Source: a virus (lineage: Duplodnaviria; Heunggongvirae; Uroviricota; Caudoviricetes). Taken from it: DNA of 20,470 nt. The stretch lies in the IMG/VR virus record IMGVR_UViG_2585427735_000017, one strand, 5' to 3'. This document shows positions 7,842 through 20,470 of the stretch, piece by piece. Position 1 is the stretch's first letter. Every line of letters begins with the position of its first letter. Under the pieces are notes generated by a model. That model was not told the origin of the DNA and ran no database searches. It saw only the letters and a program-made list of their open reading frames with translations. The position numbers and the translations under genes are program-made.

Positions 7842-10341
7842 AATGTATGAGGAGCTTTCTGGAAAACTTCGTGCTATGCGGAGTGAGCTTGAGGTTACTC
7901 AATCACAATTAAGCAAAACCGGAATGTCGGCAAAACAAACGGCTTTTGCTATGCGCATGTTGCCTGCACAAATGACGGATATTGTTGTTGGGTTGTCCAC
8001 TGGTCAGTCGCCATTTATGGTGTTAATGCAGCAGGGCGGCCAGCTAAAAGATATGTTCGGTGGGATTGGCCCGGCGATCAAAGGTGTAGGTTCTTATGTG
8101 CTGGGATTAATTAATCCTTTTACCCTGGCCGCAGCAGCCGTTGGGGTCTTAGGACTGGCTTACTATAAAGGCTCTCAGGAGCAGGACGAATTTAATAAAT
8201 CTCTTATTCTTACCGGAAATCAGTTGGGGACAACCAGCGGGCAATTGGGCGATATAGCTCAACGTGCCGGGAATGCGGCTGATTCGACAACTGGTGCTGC
8301 GGCGGCAGTATTAAATCAGCTTGTGCGTTCGGGAAAGGTAGCGAGCAGTTCGCTGGAGCAAGTGACGACAGCGATAGTAAAAACGAGCGAAGTAACAGGA
8401 ATATCAACCGAACAACTGGTTAATGACTTCAATGAAATTGCAAAGGATCCTGTCAGTGCCATATCAAAACTTAATGATCAGTACCATTTTCTGACACTTG
8501 CGACTTATAACCAGATTAAGGCGCTACAGGATGAAGGGAACCAGCAGGAGGCCGCCCGCATTGCGACAGAAGAATACTCATCCTCAATGATCCAGCGCAC
8601 CAACCAGATTAAAGAAAATCTTGGTTATCTTGAGACTGCATGGAAAGCTGTCGCAGACTCCGCAAAATGGGCATGGGATTCCATGCTGGATATTGGCCGT
8701 GAGGCCTCCCTTGATCAAAAAATCTCAGATGTTCTCCGTCAAATTGATGAAATAGAAAAAAATCCCCGACCCGGAGTTTTCGGGTTAGGTGGCATTGGAG
8801 ATGGCGGAGCTCAAAATAAAAGGCTGGCACGATTAAAGCAGCAATTGGGCGTACTTCAAGCAGAAAAAATTGCTCAGGACGTACTAAATTCATCAATAAA
8901 CGATTACAACAAGCGACAACAGGAAGGAATTGAACTCAGACAGAGAGCAGATGCCTTTTCAAAACAATATCAGACCCGGGAGCAGCAGAGAGCTAGTGAA
9001 CTTGCAAAACTGGAAAAGCTAAAGAATCAGTATTCAAAGGAAGAATATAATAATCTTATCGCTCAAATAAATGAGCGTTATAAAGATCCAAAGCAACCAA
9101 AGGCGAAAGGTTATTCTGATGATGCAGCCCAACGAATGATTGATCATCTGAATCAACAGAATGCGTTACTAAGTTCACAAGCTGAGTTGACCGTTAAATT
9201 AAGTTCCTCTGAACAGGAACTGGTTAAGTGGCGTCAGCGGATTGCCGACCTAGAGTCACGACCATCATCGAAATTAACCCAGGATCAGAAATCGCTTCTC
9301 TTCCACCGGGAAGAAATAACCGCGTTGATGGAGAAAAATGTTGCGATTGAAAAGAATAACAGGCTAATCAAGGAATCCGCCGAAATAACAGCATGGCGTG
9401 ATTCATTGCAGGCTTCGATTGATAATCGTCAGCAGGGGTATGATATTCAGATTGCTGGTTATGGGGTTGGCGATAAAAATCAGCAACGCCAGCAGGAATT
9501 ACTGCGGATTGAACATGGATATAACAATCAGCGTCTGCAACTTGAACGTGACTATGCAGATAAATCCCGTGGAATGTCAGATCATGTTTTTCAAGAGAAA
9601 ATGCAGGCTCTGAATGATGCTCTGGAACGGGAAAAAGAAATTGTCAGACAGAAAAACGAGCAACTCGATATTCAGGCAGGAGACTGGGTTAGTGGTGCCT
9701 CCCAGGGATTCAATAACTGGCTGGATGACACTAAGGATATCAGTGAGCAGATAAAATCAACCACGACTCAGATGTTTGATGGGATGACCGATGCGCTGGG
9801 TGATTTTGTCACGACAGGCAAGGCAAATTTTCGTTCTTTCGCTACTTCCGTGATTTCGGATCTTAGTCGAATGGCATTAAAGGCTTCAATTACTGGGATT
9901 TTCGACAGCATTAGTAACAGTTCTTCTGGGGGGATTTTAGGAACTATCGGGAGTGCTATTAGTAAATTTATTCCGAATGCAAAGGGCGGTGTTTATGAGT
10001 CTCCGTCATTGAGCACGTATTCGAACGGTATTTATGATTCCCCGCAATTTTTTGCTTTTGCAAAAGGGGCTGGTGTTTTTGGTGAGTCTGGACCGGAAGC
10101 CATTATGCCATTAACACGAACTTCCGATGGTTCTCTTGGTGTCAGAGCTATTAATAGTAAAAGTGGTAATGGAGGCGGAGATATTACCTATGCCCCTGTA
10201 TACCAAATCACTATTCAAAATGACGGCCAGAATGGAGAGATTGGCCCTCAGGCAATAAAAGCACTTATGGGGATGGTTGATCAGCGGGTGCAGGGCAATC
10301 TGTTAAATATGCGACGTGATGGGGGAATATTAAGTGGCTAA
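7723..10341 (+). CDS. H: Tail length tape measure protein (lambda H-like), main frame B
   Basis: 872 aa ORF; [41 protein letters not shown] and the C-terminal [35 protein letters not shown] match recalled lambda H motifs. ATG 7723 is only the first ATG after a stop in this frame; the true N-terminus is probably the 7215 ORF. Confidence 0.85.
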
Positions 10342-10672
10342 TACGGAAGAATTTCACTGGTTACCAGAGGATGGAATGAAAACAGAAAATAAACCATCGA
10401 TAAAAACTGTAAGATTTGGCGATGGTTATGAGCAACGAAGTCCAAATGGACTTAATCATTCTCTGCGCGTTTTCACCTGTGATTTCAAAGTTGAGGCGAA
10501 TGAACGTGATTCATTTGAAAAATTTTTAGCCCGGCATGAAGGCTATAAATCTTTTTTTTGGCGCCCGCCGGGTATTAACAGAAAAATCAGAGTGGTGTGT
10601 CGAACGTGGTCAGCGACAGAACATATCACCTATACAGATTTTTCGTGTCAGTTTGACGAAGTGGTGATCTGA
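10334..10672 (+). CDS. M: Minor tail protein M
   Basis: 112 aa ORF; [10 protein letters not shown]...YKSFFWRP...FDEVV resembles lambda M motifs but the N-terminus diverges. GTG start at 10334 with GGGGGA ribosome-binding site; alternative ATG at 10376. Confidence 0.8.
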
Positions 10673-11370
10673 TGCAGGACATACAACAGGAAACGCTGAA
10701 TGAATGCATTCGTGCGGAGCAGTCGGCCAGCGTGGTGCTCTGGGAAATCGACCTGACCGAGGTAGGCGGGGATCGCTACTTTTTCTGTAATGAGCAGAAC
10801 GAAAAAGGTGAGTCTGTCACCTGGCAGAGTCGGCAGTATCAGGCCTATCCCATTCAGGGGAGTGGATTTGAGATGAACGGCAAGGGCAGTGCTGCCCGTC
10901 CGACACTGACGGTCTCTAACCTGCACGGCATGATCACCGGGATGGCGGAAGATCTGCAGAGTCTGGTCGGCGGAACGGTGGTCCGGCGTAAGGTTTACGC
11001 CCGCTTTCTGGATGCGGTGAACTTCGTCAACGGAAACAGCGAAGCCGATCCGGAGCAGGAGGTGATCAGCCGCTGGCGCATCGAGCAGTGCAGCGAACTG
11101 AGCGCGGTCAGTGCCTCTTTTGTACTGTCCACGCCGACTGAAACGGATGGCGCTGTTTTTCCGGGACGTATCATGCTGGCCAACACCTGCACCTGGACCT
11201 ATCGCGGCGATGAGTGCGGTTATAGCGGTCCGGCGGTCGCGGATGAATATGACCAGCCGACGTCCGATATCACGAAGGATAAATGCAGCAAATGCCTGAG
11301 TGGCTGTAAGTTTCGCAATAATGTCGGCAACTTTGGCAGCTTCCTTTCCATTAACAAACTTTCGCAGTAA
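10672..11370 (+). CDS. L: Minor tail protein L
   Basis: 232 aa; [33 protein letters not shown]...CSKCLSGCKFRNNVGNFGSFLSINKLSQ is near-identical to lambda L as I recall it. Start overlaps the M stop (TGATG). Confidence 0.92.
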   Translation: MQDIQQETLNECIRAEQSASVVLWEIDLTEVGGDRYFFCNEQNEKGESVTWQSRQYQAYPIQGSGFEMNGKGSAARPTLTVSNLHGMITGMAEDLQSLVGGTVVRRKVYARFLDAVNFVNGNSEADPEQEVISRWRIEQCSELSAVSASFVLSTPTETDGAVFPGRIMLANTCTWTYRGDECGYSGPAVADEYDQPTSDITKDKCSKCLSGCKFRNNVGNFGSFLSINKLSQ

Positions 11371-11375
11371 ATCCC

Positions 11376-12119
11376 ATGACAGAGACAGAATCAGCGATTC
11401 TGGCGCACGCCCGGCGATGTGCGCCAGCGGAGTCGTGCGGCTTCGTGGTGAGAACGCCGGAGGAGGAAAGATATTTTCCCTGCGTGAATATCTCCGGTGA
11501 GCCGGAGGCGTATTTCCGGATGTCGCCGGAGGACTGGCTGAGTGCAGAAATGCAGGGAGAGATTGTGGCGCTGGTCCACAGCCACCCCGGTGGTCTGCCC
11601 TGGCTGAGTGAGGCCGACCGGCGGCTGCAGGTACAGAGTGATTTGCCGTGGTGGCTGGTCTGCCGGGGGGCGATTCATAAATTCCGCTGTGTGCCGCATC
11701 TCACCGGGCGGCGCTTTGAGCACGGGGTGACGGACTGTTACACGCTGTTCCGGGACGCTTACCATCTGGCGGGAATTGAGATGCCGGATTTTCATCGCGG
11801 GGATAACTGGTGGCGTCACGGTCAGAATCTCTATCTGGATAATCTGGAGGCCACAGGGCTGTATCAGGTGCCGTTGTCAGCGGCGCAGCCGGGCGATGTG
11901 CTGCTGTGCTGTTTTGGTTCATCGGTGCCGAATCATGCCGCCATTTACTGTGGTGACAGCGAGCTGCTGCACCATATTCCTGAACAACTGAGCAAACGAG
12001 AGAGGTACACCGACAAATGGCAGCGACGCACACACTCCCTCTGGCGTCACCGGGCATGGCACGCATCTGCCTTTACGGGGATTTACAACGATTTGGCCGC
12101 CGCATCGACCTTCGAGTGA
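11376..12119 (+). CDS. K: Tail tip assembly protein K (JAB/MPN plus NlpC/P60 domains)
   Basis: 247 aa ORF; MTETESAILAHARRCAPAESCGFVV...HSHPGGLPWLSEAD (HxHx7Sx2D JAMM motif)...DCYTLF...NHAAIYCGD (NlpC/P60-like Cys/His). The lambda-annotated K start corresponds to ATG 11520 (199 aa) by my recollection of lambda coordinates. Confidence 0.9.
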   Translation: MTETESAILAHARRCAPAESCGFVVRTPEEERYFPCVNISGEPEAYFRMSPEDWLSAEMQGEIVALVHSHPGGLPWLSEADRRLQVQSDLPWWLVCRGAIHKFRCVPHLTGRRFEHGVTDCYTLFRDAYHLAGIEMPDFHRGDNWWRHGQNLYLDNLEATGLYQVPLSAAQPGDVLLCCFGSSVPNHAAIYCGDSELLHHIPEQLSKRERYTDKWQRRTHSLWRHRAWHASAFTGIYNDLAAASTFE

Positions 12120-12664
12120 AAACGGGGTCCGAAGCCATCCGGGCGCTGGCCATGCAGATCCCGGCATTTCGTCAGAAACTGAGCGACGGCTGGTACCAGG
12201 TACGCATTGCCGGGCGTGATGCAGGTGAAACTGAATTGTCTGCCCGTCTTAATGAGCCGCTGGAAAATGGTGCCGTGATCCACATCGTACCGCGTCCGGC
12301 GGGTGCTAAAAGTGGCGGTATTTTTCAGGCAGTGCTGGGGGCGGCGCTGATTGCGGTTGCATGGTGGAACCCTGTGGGCTGGCTGGGGGCCACGGCTGTA
12401 TCGGGTATGTATGCGGCAGGGGCCAGTATGATCCTGGGCGGTGTGGCGCAGATGTTGGCACCGAAAGCCAGGACGCCCACGGCAGCCAGTACAGATAACG
12501 GCAAACAGAACACGTATTTCTCGTCACTGGATAACATGGTTGCCCAGGGCAATGTTCTGCCCGTTCTGTACGGTGAAATGCGCGTGGGGTCGCGGGTGGT
12601 CTCTCAGGAGATCAGCACGGCAGACGAAGGGGATGGTGGTCAGGTTGTGGTGATTGGTCGCTGA
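12017..12664 (+). CDS. I: Tail tip assembly protein I
   Basis: 215 aa; MAATHTLPLASPGMARICLYGDLQRFGRRIDLRVKTG...NVLPVLYGEMRVGSRVVSQEISTADEGDGGQVVVIGR matches lambda I; overlaps the 3' end of K by ~100 nt in another frame, as in lambda. Confidence 0.9.
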   Translation: MAATHTLPLASPGMARICLYGDLQRFGRRIDLRVKTGSEAIRALAMQIPAFRQKLSDGWYQVRIAGRDAGETELSARLNEPLENGAVIHIVPRPAGAKSGGIFQAVLGAALIAVAWWNPVGWLGATAVSGMYAAGASMILGGVAQMLAPKARTPTAASTDNGKQNTYFSSLDNMVAQGNVLPVLYGEMRVGSRVVSQEISTADEGDGGQVVVIGR

Positions 12665-12683
12665 TGAAAAACGTTTTATGTGA

Positions 12684-12703
12684 AACCGCCTCCGGGCGGT
12701 TTT
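12684..12703 (+). terminator. Terminator-like hairpin between I and J (weak)
   Basis: AACCGCC-TCCG-GGCGGTT stem-loop followed by TTTTG, about 20 nt before the J ribosome-binding site. Confidence 0.35.
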
Positions 12704-12721
12704 GTCGTTTATGGAGCGTGA

Positions 12722-16120
<3,399 letters not shown>

Positions 16121-16138
16121 ATTTTATAACCCAGAACG

Positions 16139-16162
16139 GGCGTCAGAAATGACGCCTTTTTT
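16139..16162 (+). terminator. Rho-independent terminator between the J region and lom
   Basis: GGCGTCA-GAAA-TGACGCC (7 bp stem, GAAA loop) followed by TTTTTT. Confidence 0.6.
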
Positions 16163-16186
16163 ATTGCAGAAAAGCGAGAGGTAATT

Positions 16187-16786
16187 ATGCGTAAACTTTA
16201 TGCCGCCATTTTGTCCGCAGCCATTTGTCTGGCCGTATCCGGTGCGCCTGCATGGGCGTCTGAACATCAGTCCACGCTGAGCGCGGGGTATCTTCATGCC
16301 CGGACGAACGTTCCCGGCAGCGATGATCTTAACGGGATTAACGTGAAATACCGTTATGAGTTTACGGACACACTGGGGCTGGTGACGTCATTCAGCTATG
16401 CAGGAGACAAGAATCGCCAGCTTACCCGTTACAGCGATACCCGCTGGCATGAAGATTCCGTGCGTAACCGCTGGTTCAGCGTGATGGCGGGGCCGTCTGT
16501 ACGCGTGAATGAATGGTTCAGCGCGTATGCGATGGCGGGTGTGGCTTACAGCCGTGTGTCGACTTTCTCCGGGGATTATCTCCGCGTAACTGACAACAAG
16601 GGGAAAAAGCACGATGTGCTGACCGGAAATGATGACGGTCGCCACAGCAACACGTCTCTGGCGTGGGGGGCTGGCGTGCAGTTTAACCCGACCGAGTCCG
16701 TGGCCATTGATGTCGCTTATGAAGGTTCCGGCAGTGGCGACTGGCGCACTGACGGTTTCATCGTGGGTGTCGGTTATAAATTCTGA
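16187..16786 (+). CDS. lom: Lom outer-membrane protein (Ail/Lom family beta-barrel)
   Basis: 199 aa; signal peptide [24 protein letters not shown]; C-terminal [23 protein letters not shown] matches the lambda Lom C-terminus; GAGAGG ribosome-binding site. Confidence 0.92.
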
Positions 16787-16812
16787 TTAGCCAGGTAACA
16801 CAGTGTTATGAC

Positions 16813-16839
16813 AGCCCGCCGGTTCAGGCGGGCTTTTTT
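16813..16839 (+). terminator. Rho-independent terminator after lom
   Basis: GCCCGCC-GGTTCA-GGCGGGC stem-loop followed by TTTTTT, ending 11 nt before the stf ATG. Confidence 0.6.
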
Positions 16840-16850
16840 GTGGGGTGAAT

Positions 16851-19800
16851 ATGGCAGTAAAGATTTCAGGTGTACTGAAAGACGGCACAGGAAAACCGGT
16901 ACAGAACTGCACAATCCAGCTGAAAGCAAAACGTAACAGCAACACGGTGGTGGTGAACACGCTGGCCTCAGAAAATCCGGATGAAGCCGGGCGTTACAGT
17001 ATGGACGTTGAGTACGGGCAGTACAGCGTTATTCTGTTGGTGGAGGGATTCCCGCCGTCACATGCCGGGACCATCACCGTGTATGAAGATTCTCAACCCG
17101 GTACGCTGAATGATTTTCTCGGTGCCATGACGGAGGATGATGCCCGTCCGGAGGCACTGCGACGTTTTGAACTGATGGTGGAAGAGGTGGCGCGTAACGC
17201 GTCCGCGGTGGCACAGAACACAGCAGCCGCGAAGAAGTCAGCCAGCGATGCCAGCACATCAGCCCGTGAGGCGGCAACCCATGCGACTGATGCTGCAGGC
17301 TCAGCACGCGCAGCCAGCACGTCAGCCGGACAGGCCGCGTCGTCGGCTCAGTCAGCGTCTTCCAGCGCAGGAACGGCATCAGCAAAGGCCACTGAAGCAT
17401 CAAAAAGTGCTGCCGCTGCAGAGTCCTCAAAAAGCGCGGCGGCTACCAGTGCCGGTGCGGCGAAAACGTCAGAAACGAATGCGGCAGCGTCACAACAATC
17501 AGCAGCCACTTCTGCATCCACCGCGACCACGAAAGCGTCAGAAGCAGCCACTTCAGCACGGGATGCGTCGGCTTCAAAAGAGGCGGCAAAATCATCAGAA
17601 ACGAACGCAGCCTCGAGCGCCAGCAGCGCAGCTTCCTCGGCTACGGCGGCAGGAAATTCCGCGAAGGCGGCAAAAACGTCCGAGACGAACGCCAGGTCTT
17701 CTGAAACGGCAGCGGAACAGAGTGCCTCCGCAGCAGCAGGCTCAAAAACAGCGGCTGCGTCGTCTGCCAGTGCCGCGTCAACAAGTGCCGGGCAGGCCTC
17801 AGCCAGTGCCACCGCCGCCGGAAAATCGGCAGAAAGCGCCGCATCGTCTGCTTCAACAGCCACAACGAAGGCTGGCGAAGCCACTGAACAGGCCAGCGCA
17901 GCAGCGAGGTCTGCTTCCGCAGCGAAGACATCCGAAACGAATGCGAAAGCGTCGGAAACCAGTGCAGAATCCTCAAAAACGGCAGCCGCATCGTCCGCCA
18001 GTTCGGCGGCGTCATCGGCATCATCTGCGTCTGCTTCAAAAGATGAGGCGACCAGACAAGCGTCAGCAGCGAAGGGCAGCGCCACGACAGCATCCACGAA
18101 GGCGACAGAGGCAGCTGGCAGTGCGACGGCGGCAGCACAGAGCAAAAGTACGGCGGAATCCGCGGCAACGCGCGCTGAGACAGCGGCAAAACGGGCAGAG
18201 GATATTGCATCCGCCGTGGCGCTTGAGGATGCGAGCACGACGAAAAAGGGGATAGTACAGCTCAGCAGTGCGATCGACAGCACTTCCGAGTCACTGGCGG
18301 CAACGCCAAAAGCAGTTAAGGCCGCGTATGACCTGGCTAACGGGAAATACACCGCACAGGATGCAACGACAGCACAGAAAGGGATAGTCCAGCTAAGCAG
18401 CGCGACCAACAGCACGTCTGAAACGCTGGCGGCAACGCCAAAGGCAGTAAAAGCAGCCAATGACAATGCTGAGAAACGTCTGCAGAAAGATCAGAACGGT
18501 GCGGATATCCCTGGCAAAGACACCTTTACGAAAAATATTGGTGCCAGCCGTGCCTTCGGTGGGTCAGTAAGCACAACAACAGGAGACTGGACGACTGCAC
18601 AGTTTATCGAGTGGCTGGATTCTCAGGGAGCATTTAACCATCCATACTGGATGTGCAAGGGTTCCTGGTCTTATGGCAATAATAAAATCATTACTGATAC
18701 TGGCTGCGGTAATATTCATCTCGCCGGAGCTGTCATTGAAGTAATGGGGATAAAGTCAGCGATGACGATCCGCATTACCACACCGACCACCTCCACTGGT
18801 GGTGGAACAACTAACGCCCAGTTTACCTATATTAATCACGGAACAGATTATTCACCTGGCTGGCGAAGGGACTATAACTCCAGAAATAAGCCAACGGCAT
18901 CAGAGATCGGGGCGTTACCGTCAGGTGGAACAGCAGTATCATCAGTTAATCTGGCTTCAAAAGGTCGGGTAATCGCGCTGACAGACAATACGCAGGGGGC
19001 AACAGGTCTTGAGTTATACGAGGTGTATAACAACGGATATCCAACAGCGTATGGAAATATCATTCACCTGAAAGGGATGACAGCCGTTGGCGAAGGTGAG
19101 TTACTCATCGGCTGGAGTGGTACAAGCGGTGCTCATGCTCCGGCATTTATTCGTTCACGACGGGATACGACCGACGCAAACTGGTCGCCGTGGGCGCAGC
19201 TTTACACCTCAGCTCATCCTCCTGCAGAGTTTTATCCAGTCGGTGCACCAATCCCGTGGCCATCAGATACCGTTCCGTCTGGCTATGCCCTGATGCAGGG
19301 GCAGACTTTTGACAAATCTGCTTACCCGAAACTTGCAGCCGCTTATCCGTCAGGCGTGATCCCTGATATGTGTGGCTGGACGATTAAGGGCAAACCTGCC
19401 AGTGGTCGAGCCGTATTATCTCAGGAACAGGACGGCATTAAATCGCACACCCACAGCGCCAGCGCATCCAGTACGGATTTGGGGACGAAAACCACATCGT
19501 CGTTTGATTACGGCACTAAATCCACGAATAACACCGGGGCACATACACACAGTGTGAGCGGCTCTACAAACTCGGCTGGAGCACACACACACTCACTAGC
19601 CAACGTGAACACGGCTAGTGCTAACTCCGGTGCTGGTAGTGCATCAACAAGATTGTCTGTTGTGCATAATCAAAACTATGCAACATCATCTGCTGGCGCA
19701 CATACCCACTCACTGTCCGGCACTGCTGCAAGCGCAGGTGCACACGCACATACTGTCGGTATTGGTGCTCATACGCACTCCGTTGCGATTGGTTCACATG

Positions 19801-19886
19801 GACACACCATCACCGTTAACGCTGCTGGTAACGCGGAAAACACCGTCAAAAACATCGCATTTAACTATATTGTGAGGCTTGCATAA
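16851..19886 (+). CDS. stf: Side tail fibre protein Stf
   Basis: About 1011 aa; N-terminal [30 protein letters not shown], long Ala/Ser/Thr-rich repeat region, tandem KGIVQLSS...ATPKAVKAA repeats, and a C-terminal array of GAHTHS (HxH) motifs ending [12 protein letters not shown], as I recall for lambdoid Stf/StfR. ATG 16851 preferred over the track GTG 16845. Confidence 0.9.
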   Translation: MAVKISGVLKDGTGKPVQNCTIQLKAKRNSNTVVVNTLASENPDEAGRYSMDVEYGQYSVILLVEGFPPSHAGTITVYEDSQPGTLNDFLGAMTEDDARPEALRRFELMVEEVARNASAVAQNTAAAKKSASDASTSAREAATHATDAAGSARAASTSAGQAASSAQSASSSAGTASAKATEASKSAAAAESSKSAAATSAGAAKTSETNAAASQQSAATSASTATTKASEAATSARDASASKEAAKSSETNAASSASSAASSATAAGNSAKAAKTSETNARSSETAAEQSASAAAGSKTAAASSASAASTSAGQASASATAAGKSAESAASSASTATTKAGEATEQASAAARSASAAKTSETNAKASETSAESSKTAAASSASSAASSASSASASKDEATRQASAAKGSATTASTKATEAAGSATAAAQSKSTAESAATRAETAAKRAEDIASAVALEDASTTKKGIVQLSSAIDSTSESLAATPKAVKAAYDLANGKYTAQDATTAQKGIVQLSSATNSTSETLAATPKAVKAANDNAEKRLQKDQNGADIPGKDTFTKNIGASRAFGGSVSTTTGDWTTAQFIEWLDSQGAFNHPYWMCKGSWSYGNNKIITDTGCGNIHLAGAVIEVMGIKSAMTIRITTPTTSTGGGTTNAQFTYINHGTDYSPGWRRDYNSRNKPTASEIGALPSGGTAVSSVNLASKGRVIALTDNTQGATGLELYEVYNNGYPTAYGNIIHLKGMTAVGEGELLIGWSGTSGAHAPAFIRSRRDTTDANWSPWAQLYTSAHPPAEFYPVGAPIPWPSDTVPSGYALMQGQTFDKSAYPKLAAAYPSGVIPDMCGWTIKGKPASGRAVLSQEQDGIKSHTHSASASSTDLGTKTTSSFDYGTKSTNNTGAHTHSVSGSTNSAGAHTHSLANVNTASANSGAGSASTRLSVVHNQNYATSSAGAHTHSLSGTAASAGAHAHTVGIGAHTHSVAIGSHGHTITVNAAGNAENTVKNIAFNYIVRLA
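18246..18479 (+). repeat. Tandem 132 nt (44 aa) repeat inside stf (about 1.8 copies)
   Basis: [44 protein letters not shown] followed by [34 protein letters not shown]; the copies start 132 nt apart (18246 and 18378). Confidence 0.7.
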
Positions 19887-20470
19887 TGGCATTCAGAATG
19901 AGTGAACAACCACGGACCATAAAAATTTATAATCTGCTGGCCGGAACTAATGAATTTATTGGTGAAGGTGATGCATATATTCCGCCTCATACAGGTCTGC
20001 CAGCAAACAGTACCGATATTGCACCGCCAGATATTCCGGCAGGCTTCGTGGCTGTTTTCAACAGTGATGAGGCATCGTGGCATCTCGTTGAAGATCATCG
20101 GGGAAAAACCGTCTATGACGTGGCTTCCGGCGACGCGTTATTTATTTCTGAACTTGGCTCGTTACCGGAAAATGTCACCTGGTTATCGCCGGAAGGGGAA
20201 TATCAGAAGTGGAACGGCACAGCCTGGGTGAAGGATACGGAAGCAGAAAAACTGTTCCGGATCCGGGAGGCGGAAGAAACAAAAAACAGCCTGATGCAGG
20301 TAGCCAGTGAGCATATAGCGCCACTTCAGGATGCTGTAGATCTGGAGATCGCAACGGAGGAAGAAACCTCATTGCTGGAAGCCTGGAAAAAATATCGGGT
20401 GTTGCTGAACCGTGTTAATACAACAACTGCACCGGATATTGAATGGCCAACAGTACCCATTATCGAATAG
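19886..20470 (+). CDS. tfa: Tail fibre assembly protein Tfa
   Basis: 194 aa; [79 protein letters not shown]... matches lambda Tfa by recollection; the start overlaps the stf stop (TAATG) and the stop is the last codon of the window. Confidence 0.92.
   Translation: MAFRMSEQPRTIKIYNLLAGTNEFIGEGDAYIPPHTGLPANSTDIAPPDIPAGFVAVFNSDEASWHLVEDHRGKTVYDVASGDALFISELGSLPENVTWLSPEGEYQKWNGTAWVKDTEAEKLFRIREAEETKNSLMQVASEHIAPLQDAVDLEIATEEETSLLEAWKKYRVLLNRVNTTTAPDIEWPTVPIIE

Noticed and set aside
17248-18466. Long ORFs in alternative frames across the stf repeat region (17248-18255 on + and 17348-18466 on -)
   Set aside because: They are by-products of the Ala/Ser/Thr codon repeats in stf, with extreme Arg-rich or Ala-rich composition and no start signals.

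Overview
This window is the late (structural) region of a lambdoid prophage of an enterobacterium (E. coli-like), all on the + strand, with an IS4 copy at the left edge. Order: IS4 (partial, transposase on - strand) | putative scaffold, major capsid, four small head-tail connector/completion genes, major tail tube, tail chaperone pair with a -1 slippery site (G/GT-like), tape measure gene | lambda-like M, L, K, I, J | lom | stf, tfa. Protein identifications from M onward rest on my recollection of phage lambda proteins; the head and tail-shaft module is not lambda-like and its functions are assigned mainly by gene order and size. I found no defence system, toxin-antitoxin pair, CRISPR array or RNA gene. 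The most notable signals are lesions suggesting a decaying (cryptic) prophage: the tape measure gene is split across two frames, and the J tail-tip gene has two frame changes that cut off its C-terminal receptor-binding region. lom, stf and tfa remain intact. None of this could be confirmed by search or alignment here.
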